A stretch of 64,000 bases of DNA from NCBI GenBank assembly GCA_017469475.1, contig JAFUGI010000078.1, positions 1,912-65,911 of the forward strand. The letters are read 5' to 3'. The position numbers and the translations under genes were made by a program. Source of the DNA: Oscillibacter sp. GTDB lineage: Bacteria; Bacillota; Clostridia; Oscillospirales; Oscillospiraceae. The notes under the pieces were generated by a model. That model searched no databases. It saw only the letters and a list, made by a program, of their open reading frames with translations, and was not told the DNA's origin. Below, one piece after another: positions 58,701-64,000 of this stretch. How positions within the stretch are numbered: position 1 is the stretch's first letter; each line of letters begins with the position of its first letter.

Positions 58701-59110
58701 GGTCCTACCGCACCAACAACGCCGTGACCTACGGCGCGGCACTGAAGCTGGTGATGCTGGCCGCCTGGTATCCCGAGCAGAAGCCCACCGGGGCCAACGT
58801 GTTCAGCGGCTACCTGGATAAGGCCCGGTCCGAGGGCATCATCACCCGGGCCAACGTGGACCTGACCAAGCCCATCACCCGTTTGCAGGTGGCCCAGCTG
58901 GCCGCCGGGGCCATGAAGCTGGATACCTCCAACCTCTCCAGCGTCAAGCCCTTCACCGACACCACCGACGTGTACGTGCAGGCCCTGAACGCCGCCGGCG
59001 TCATCAACGGCTACTTTGCCAATGGCACCAGCACCTATAAGCCCGGCAACACCCTGACCCGGGGTCAGGTGGCCGCCATCGTGTGGCGGATGCGCAACTA
59101 CGAAAAGTAA
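55715..59110 (+). CDS. Large secreted S-layer homology (SLH) surface protein
   Basis: Signal peptide ALA-DE; Cys/His-rich N-terminal repeats; tandem ~130-aa repeats; C-terminal FSD...W and FTD..D.YV.AL..AGVI.GY....Y.P...LTRGQ. Confidence 0.9.
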   Translation: MKRFWTKRLPAALLALLMTVCLAPAALADEPGEGHTHTFSKEWTKNSTAHWHECSCGERADEEAHDFVVDAAKSTAPTCYQSGTTVERCSVCGYERTITSAPTGDHDFDESRWAADDDYHWHECTTKGCTAASAKERHEADGEGKVTDPTCTEDGYITYTCAVCGKTYKRAGTKALGHNFVNGKCTRCGVKESTSTTGKNFSLDNVTVSKSVSVGSSIRTKINSYFTKTNFSTVTFGDPTGTSYGTLYADSDKSALKSREYTYSNSGGWPVKDLYFVAKSKAGTYKIPYTAEDDSGNVVEGTITIKVVSSSSSSSTSGSKITYEVKPGKSVTFSKSDFDDVYSAKRDDTLRYVTFTVSSISGGSFTVDSKTLSRSTLNNSAFYYSKSRYGDYALADLTFEADSDFDSSLTLTYYAYGEDEDDYVKGSVVIKSTGSSSSGSSGSSSSSGTISYSVKAGSSVAFKKSDFKTAYDKKLSGTVRYVTFETSSTLSASEGTLYNDYNGSEEKSFARSSLSRYNFYYSSSSYGDYALEDLSFVAPKGASAHTVKLTYTVYDSRDDSVTGTVEIKVTGSGTTSSSSDTLTYKVQPGKEVTFNRKDFNSYYQEVSDTTNTIKYVTFETSDTLSKTSSGLVYYNYGSSGEVSFNRNSIDDYKFYYSSASDGDYPLSGLSFVAGSGFTKAITLDFTAYYTTSKKATGKLVIQPDGTAATTPTTTVTSSAVADLVYQTAYADTVRINADELARFFRRQISGGRLQYVRLDGVPASGSLYYNYYGTSRYGSTTRKQLTASNCAAQNFYFSPTSTSQYSLAELAFVPTSGVNTCVTIPFTAVGATASQTVKGTILISATKAKVADVYGVTPKGTAVTLPASAIVSAVTTATGSAPAGIQLVKLPKTSVGTVYVGSGTSTKAVTGKTYGYNTGDQQMGQLRFVPASGHTGAVEIPYAAVDSRGNLMAAGVFSLGVVSSVKKFSDINSSTWCYKYVTELADAGVIGGYSDGSYRTNNAVTYGAALKLVMLAAWYPEQKPTGANVFSGYLDKARSEGIITRANVDLTKPITRLQVAQLAAGAMKLDTSNLSSVKPFTDTTDVYVQALNAAGVINGYFANGTSTYKPGNTLTRGQVAAIVWRMRNYEK

Positions 59111-59125
59111 ACCTCCATCCGATCG

Positions 59126-59163
59126 GCGGCGCCGCGGGACTTCTTCTGCGGCGCCGCTTTTTT
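59126..59163 (+). terminator. Terminator of SLH gene
   Basis: GCGGCGCCGC-N12-GCGGCGCCGC + T6. Confidence 0.75.
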
Positions 59164-59451
59164 CGGGCCGTCCCAGGAAAGTGCGGACCCGGAGCCATCC
59201 CCGCCGCCGTCAGCCGGCCACCTGCGAGATCACCGGTGAGAGCCGGTGGCCCCTGCGGAGCCGCTGTGTCGGGGTGGGGCGTTTTGCCAGGGAGGCCATT
59301 CCGCCGGGGCGGGGCATTTCGTGGGGTCTGGCCATTCCGTCGGGGCGGCTACTTCGTGGAGGCGGGGCGTTCTGTCAGGGTAGGGAACTCCACGGGTCAG
59401 GGCCCCTCCACCGGGGCTCATTTCGCCGCCTCGCAGGGCCGTTTCGCCGCC

Positions 59452-59480
59452 TTGACAGGCGGGCGGGGCCGTGCTACAAT
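59452..59480 (+). promoter_or_regulatory. Sigma70 promoter of the C39-like gene
   Basis: TTGACA-17-TACAAT with TG extension. Confidence 0.8.
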
Positions 59481-59539
59481 AAACCTATTAAAAGCGTATG
59501 TTATTTCGGCGTCATGTGTCGGACAAGGGAGTGGCATCC

Positions 59540-60160
59540 ATGAAGAATCCCCTGCACTATCAGCTCTCGGAATATGACTGCGGCCCCACCTCCATGCTCA
59601 ACGCCATGAGCTTCCTCTTTTCCCGGGAGGAGATCCCGCCGGAGATCGTGCGCAACATCATGCTCTACTGCCTGGACTGCTTCGGCGCCGACGGCACCAG
59701 CGGAAAAAGCGGCACCTCCCGCATGGCCATGATGTTTTTGAGCAACTGGCTGGACGGCTTCGGCCGGGCGGGGCACCTGCCGGTGCGCAGCCGGTACCTG
59801 TCCGGCCGGGCGGTAAACCTGCGGCAAAACGGCGCCCTGACCGACGCCTTGCGCCGGGGCGGAGCGGCAGTGGTGCGGCTGTATCTGGACGAGCCCCACT
59901 ACGTGCTCATGACCGGCCTTTCCGGCGACCGGGTGGAGCTGTTCGACCCCTACTACCGCGCCGAGCCCTTTCCCCAACAGGACGTGGAGCTGGTGTGGGA
60001 CCGCCCCGCCGCCTGCAACCGGATCGTGCCGGTATCCTACTTCGAGCGGGAGACGGAGGATCTGTACGCCTTCGGGCCGGAGGACCAGCGGGAGGCGGTG
60101 CTCCTTTTCAACGAGACCACCCAGCTGACCGCGGAGGCCACCGTGGAGTACATGATCTGA
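59540..60160 (+). CDS. Stand-alone peptidase C39-like protein
   Basis: Q..EYDCGPTS (Cys), HYVL (His), LFDP (Asp); AAGGGAG RBS. Confidence 0.8.
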   Translation: MKNPLHYQLSEYDCGPTSMLNAMSFLFSREEIPPEIVRNIMLYCLDCFGADGTSGKSGTSRMAMMFLSNWLDGFGRAGHLPVRSRYLSGRAVNLRQNGALTDALRRGGAAVVRLYLDEPHYVLMTGLSGDRVELFDPYYRAEPFPQQDVELVWDRPAACNRIVPVSYFERETEDLYAFGPEDQREAVLLFNETTQLTAEATVEYMI

Positions 60161-60327
60161 GCGTCCATTGCGAAGGGAGCCTCCCGCCGGACGCCGCGCT
60201 CAGCGCTCGTCTCGGGAGGTCTTTGCGGCGGCAAAGCCGCGCTCCCCCGTGTCCGCCCAGAGCGGCAGAGGCCGGAGGCGATACCGCCAGCGGCGCAGGG
60301 CGCTGTCCGACCAAATGCCCAAACACA

Positions 60328-60359
60328 AAGAGGAGGGAGCCTGTGGGCTCCCTCCTCTT
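60328..60359. terminator. 14-bp inverted repeat between convergent genes
   Basis: AAGAGGAGGGAGCC-TGTG-GGCTCCCTCCTCTT. Confidence 0.7.
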
Positions 60360-60401
60360 ACAGCGTTTTCTTGCGCGGAACAGACGCCGGGTCTCCCGCC
60401 G

Positions 60402-60833
60402 TCAGATGATATAGTCGTTGCCGGGCTGGCCGGAGTGCATCAGGTCCGCCACGGTGTAGCGGTTCAAATACGCCTGGATGGTCTGGTCCAGTCCCCGCCA
60501 CATGGGAAGGGTCCGGCAGTCCGCCATGCGGGGGCAGGGGGCCGCGTCCGGCCCCAGACAGGCCACCGGGGCCAAGGACCCCTCCGTCAGGTGCAGCACC
60601 TCGCCCACGGTGATCTGATCCGGCGTCCGGCTGAGGCGGTATCCCCCGCCCTTGCCCCGCAGGCCGATGAGAACCCCGTCCTTCACCAGGGACTTGACGA
60701 TGCTCTCCAGGTACTTCTCCGAGATCTCCTGCCGCTCCGCGATCTCCTTCAGCGGGACATACCCATCCGACTGGTGCTCCGCCATGTCGGTCAGCACCCG
60801 CAGCGCGTAGCGCCCCTTGGTCGAAATCAGCAA
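60402..60833 (-). CDS. Rrf2 family regulator with three-Cys Fe-S motif (IscR-like)
   Basis: ISTKGRYALR, YLE.I, RGKGGGY.L, C-x7-C-x5-C; probable TTG start. Confidence 0.9.
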   Translation of the reverse strand: MLISTKGRYALRVLTDMAEHQSDGYVPLKEIAERQEISEKYLESIVKSLVKDGVLIGLRGKGGGYRLSRTPDQITVGEVLHLTEGSLAPVACLGPDAAPCPRMADCRTLPMWRGLDQTIQAYLNRYTVADLMHSGQPGNDYII

Positions 60834-61116
60834 TGCTGCCGCCCCCTTTCGCCTTTCTTTCACCGATGCGCGCCAATTGTGAAGCGGTCTTCCCGATCGG
60901 CGGCCTTTTCACCTATTATAACGCGAGGTTGATGGGATTTCAACGAAAATTTTCCGTCCTTTTTCCGGCAGATCCCTCCAGCGGCGCAAAGGGCGGCACA
61001 TGCGGCGCCGACACAGGCGGCGCGCAAGCGCGCAAAAGAGCAGGCCTCCGCCCATGGCGAAGGCCTGCTGTTCTCTTCTTGACCGCGGTTCTCGCTTTGG
61101 CCGCAGATGCGGCGAT

Positions 61117-62487
61117 TTACTTCCTGCCCTCCCGGACCGCCTTTACCACCAGGCCTGTCAGGGCGAAGAGGGCCAAGGCGTTGGGAATGACCATCAGCTG
61201 GTTGAACATGTCGCTCAGCTCCCACACCAGGTCGTTGGAGGCCAGGGTGCCCAGGAAGATGAAGACCAGGGCGATGACGGTGTACACCAGGCTGGACTTC
61301 TTGCCGAAGAGCCAGGTCATGTTGATCTTGCCGAAGAGGTTCCAGCCCAGAATGGTGGAAAAGGCGAAGAAGAACAGGCAGATGGCCACGAACTTGGCGC
61401 CAAAGCTGGCGCCGAACACGGTGCCAAAGGCGGTCTGGGCCAGGTTGGCCTTGCCGATGCCCTCGGGGATGGCGCCGCTGGCCAGGATGCCGTCCGCAGT
61501 GTAGAGGGTGGAGATGATGACCAGAGCGTTGAGGGTCAGGACCACGAAGGTGTCGATGAACACGCCGATCATGGCCACCACGCCCTGATCGTGGGGATGG
61601 GCCACATTGGCCAGCGCGTGGGCGTGGGGCGTGGAGCCCATGCCGGCCTCATTGGAGAAGAGGCCCCGCTTGGCGCCCTGGCTGACGGCGATCTTCAGCG
61701 CCGCGCCGAAGCCGCCGCCGATGATGGCCTGGGGCTGGAAGGCGTACTTGAAGATCATGGCGAAGGTGGCGGGGATGTAGCGGATGCGCACGATGAGCAC
61801 GATCAACCCCCCCAGGATAAAGAGGGCCGCCATGACGGGCACCACCTTCTCCGTGACGGAGGCCAGGCGCTGCACGCCGCCCAGGAAAATGACGCCGCAG
61901 ATGATGACCAGCACGACGCCCACGACCCAGCTGGGGATGCCGAAGGCGGTCTGGAAGGTGGAGCCGATGGAGTTGGACTGGACCATGCAGCCGAAGAAGC
62001 CCAGGGCCAGGATGATGGCCACGGCGAAGAAGGTGGCCAAAAAGCGGCCGAAGCCTCCCTTGAAGGCGGTGGTGATGTAGTACACCGGGCCGCCCTGGAT
62101 GTGGCCGTCGGCGTCCTTGATGCGGGTATCCTGGGCCAGCACCGCCTCGGCGTAGATGGTGGCCATGCCGAAGAAGGCGATGATCCACATCCAGAAGATG
62201 GCGCCGGGGCCGCCGGTGAGGATGGCGCCGCTGGCGCCCACGATGTTGCCGGTGCCCACTTGGGCGGCAATGGCGGTGGCCAGGGCCTGGAAGGAGCTCA
62301 TCCCGCTTTTGTGCTTGTCGCCCAGGAGCGTCAGGTTGCCGAAGACCTTGCGCATGCCCTCACCGAAGCAGCGCACCTGCACAAAGCGGGTCTTAATGGA
62401 GTACCACAGGCCCACGGCGATCAGCAAAATCACCAGCACATAGTCGGAAAGATAGGAATTGATGGTTTGTACAACGGACAATAGCAT
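61117..62487 (-). CDS. Alanine/glycine:cation symporter (AGCS)
   Basis: QVGTGNI.G, GGPGAIFWMW, GGP.YY, RGLFSNEAG.GS. Confidence 0.95.
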   Translation of the reverse strand: MLLSVVQTINSYLSDYVLVILLIAVGLWYSIKTRFVQVRCFGEGMRKVFGNLTLLGDKHKSGMSSFQALATAIAAQVGTGNIVGASGAILTGGPGAIFWMWIIAFFGMATIYAEAVLAQDTRIKDADGHIQGGPVYYITTAFKGGFGRFLATFFAVAIILALGFFGCMVQSNSIGSTFQTAFGIPSWVVGVVLVIICGVIFLGGVQRLASVTEKVVPVMAALFILGGLIVLIVRIRYIPATFAMIFKYAFQPQAIIGGGFGAALKIAVSQGAKRGLFSNEAGMGSTPHAHALANVAHPHDQGVVAMIGVFIDTFVVLTLNALVIISTLYTADGILASGAIPEGIGKANLAQTAFGTVFGASFGAKFVAICLFFFAFSTILGWNLFGKINMTWLFGKKSSLVYTVIALVFIFLGTLASNDLVWELSDMFNQLMVIPNALALFALTGLVVKAVREGRK

Positions 62488-62508
62488 AGTTTTCCCTCCT
62501 GAATACGC

Positions 62509-62535
62509 AAAAGAACGGCTGAATTTCAGCCGCTC
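62509..62535 (-). terminator. Expression-platform terminator of the glycine riboswitch
   Basis: GAGCGGCTGA-AAT-TCAGCCGTTC + TTTT just before the RBS. Confidence 0.7.
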
Positions 62536-62583
62536 CGGAGAAGAAAACGCGCAGAATGCCCGCGGACATCCCGCAACATCCTA

Positions 62584-62752
62584 CTCTGTCCTTTTACCTG
62601 AGAGATTCGGCAGCCTGCGCCGCCTTGCACCTTCGGTCCCCGTTTCCGGGCTTCTCCAGAGCCACATCCATCCTTAGTCCCCACCCGGAGCGCCGGGCGC
62701 CTGAGAGTTTCACTCCTTCGGCAGGCCAGAGGCCGTTTCCCTAAGAACTTCG
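62584..62752 (-). ncRNA. Tandem glycine riboswitch
   Basis: Two aptamers: GGGAA..GCCGAAGGAG..CUCUCAGG..GGAC and CUCUGGAGA..ACCGAAGG..UCUCUCAGG..GGACAGAG. Confidence 0.93.
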
Positions 62753-62780
62753 TTTGCCGTTATTTTGGATTGCGGTAACT

Positions 62781-62809
62781 ACCTTACCATGTCCGCCCAC
62801 GGTTGTCAA
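62781..62809 (-). promoter_or_regulatory. Sigma70 promoter of glycine riboswitch leader
   Basis: TTGACA-17-TAAGGT with TG extension. Confidence 0.75.
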
Positions 62810-62896
62810 TCCTTTTTTCGGCACGGACAGCGCCCGGAAGAAGCAGGCCCCCGTCCCGGTGGGGCGAGGGCCTGCGGCGGGAATTTCCCAAGCGGC

Positions 62897-63778
62897 TCAA
62901 TAAAACTCCTTGATGTAGTTCAGCACGTCCTCCCGGCTTCCCTGGAAGGGGCCGGGGGTCTCCATCTTCAAGGAGACCAGGGCGGTGCAGTACTGGAGGG
63001 CGCCGGCCACGTCCGCCCGCTGGCGCTCGGTGATGTAGCCGGCGAAGGTGGTGTCGCCCCGGCCAGTGCGGCCGGAGAGGTTCCGGGCCTTGATGGGGCA
63101 GGTGTAAATGTCCTTGCCGTCGTAGGCCAGGACCTCGGTGTTGTGGGTGATGAGGACCTCCTTGGCGCCCCAGCTGTGCAGGAGCTTGGCAGCCTCCGCC
63201 CGGTCGGTCAGGCCGGTGAGGATCTCCGCCTCGGCGGCGTCGGTCTTGAGATAGTCGATCATGGGCAGGTACTGCTTCTTCTCCGCCCAGTCGTGGAAGG
63301 CCATGGTCTTGTCCGCCTCCACGTGGCGCAGCAGGCACTGCACGTCCACGGCCACCTTGCCGTGCTTGGCGGCCTCGGCGAAGAGGGCGCCGTCAAAATC
63401 GCCGTAGACCAGGCCGGCGAAGTGGTAGATCTTGGTGGTGATGTCCGGCAGCTCCTCGAACTTGAAGGGGTCGCACACGCCCATGGACGTGCAGGAGCGC
63501 TTTTCCTTGTCCGCGGTGAAATACTGGTTGCGGATGGAGCAGGTCGCCTTGGAGGGCTTCCAGTACACGTCCGCGCCGGAGCCCTTGAACCGCTCCTCCA
63601 CGTCGGCGTCCGCCGGGTTCAGCTTGGTGAAAAGAGCCGTGCGGTTGCCGCTTTTGGCCGCCGCGAAGCCGGACGCCACCACGGCGCCGCCCACCTCCTT
63701 GCGCTCGTTGCCCAGGTAGTCGATGTTGTGGTCCAGGGACACCGGTCCGATGACCAGCACGTCATATTCCTTTGCCAT
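62897..63778 (-). CDS. PfkB/ribokinase family kinase
   Basis: GG.V...G, VD.Q, EAE.LTG, C-terminal GRTGRGDT variant of the TGAGD signature. Confidence 0.85.
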   Translation of the reverse strand: MAKEYDVLVIGPVSLDHNIDYLGNERKEVGGAVVASGFAAAKSGNRTALFTKLNPADADVEERFKGSGADVYWKPSKATCSIRNQYFTADKEKRSCTSMGVCDPFKFEELPDITTKIYHFAGLVYGDFDGALFAEAAKHGKVAVDVQCLLRHVEADKTMAFHDWAEKKQYLPMIDYLKTDAAEAEILTGLTDRAEAAKLLHSWGAKEVLITHNTEVLAYDGKDIYTCPIKARNLSGRTGRGDTTFAGYITERQRADVAGALQYCTALVSLKMETPGPFQGSREDVLNYIKEFY

Positions 63779-63829
63779 GTTGTTCTTCCTTTCCCTCCGG
63801 GCTCTGCCCGGGTGTTGGGTGTTATTGTA

Positions 63830-64000
63830 TCACAATTCCTCCACGGATACAACGCCCTTTGTGCCGGACACGCCCCGCACCAGTTCCTCCGCCGTGCACT
63901 TGCGGCTCAGCCGCAGGGAGAAGATGGCGCTGGCGTTTTTGTTGTCCCCCTCGGCCGAGCGGGTCACCTGCATATCCAGCACTGAGATGTCCTGCTGGCG
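63830..64000 (-). CDS. C-terminal fragment of an upstream gene, ACT-like domain (possibly MgtC/SapB family)
   Basis: Open frame RQQDISVLDMQV...GVVSVEEL* runs to the window edge. Confidence 0.5.
   Translation of the reverse strand, partial: RQQDISVLDMQVTRSAEGDNKNASAIFSLRLSRKCTAEELVRGVSGTKGVVSVEEL

Noticed and set aside
1-64000. Mobile elements, prophage, tRNA or rRNA genes
   Set aside because: No transposase, integrase, phage structural gene or tRNA/rRNA signature recognised by eye; a tRNAscan-SE or ISEScan run would be needed to exclude small ones

Overview
A 64-kb chromosomal window, high-GC, with gene content and style typical of a gut Oscillospiraceae-like clostridium (inferred, not proven). 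No rRNA, tRNA, CRISPR array, transposase or prophage was seen. It is dense in transporters: a BMP-type ABC system, two TRAP systems, an Opp/Dpp ABC operon, MFS, MATE, CDF, Na/Pi, MgtE, AGCS and an LctP-family permease. It also carries housekeeping and stress genes (ftsH paralog, rubrerythrin, DegV, malic enzyme, an atypical GAPDH), a BlaI + giant M56 sensor pair and a large SLH surface protein. Three riboswitches are readable directly: an M-box before mgtE, a tandem glycine riboswitch before the AGCS symporter, and a T-box. The most interesting module is that T-box, which sits in front of an LctP-family permease and a HicDH-like L-2-hydroxyacid dehydrogenase rather than a synthetase or amino-acid transporter. 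Its candidate Leu specifier suggests an amino-acid-starvation-induced 2-hydroxy-acid salvage pathway. Other highlights: a PaxB/Pyr4-like membrane terpene-cyclase homolog under a putative XRE operator, tandem Rex-like boxes, an ECF promoter driving a small membrane protein, a promoter-bearing 72-bp duplication before ftsH, an MFS broken by one in-frame TAG, and a rubrerythrin that seems to have lost its stop. All family assignments are by recognised motifs; no database searches were run.
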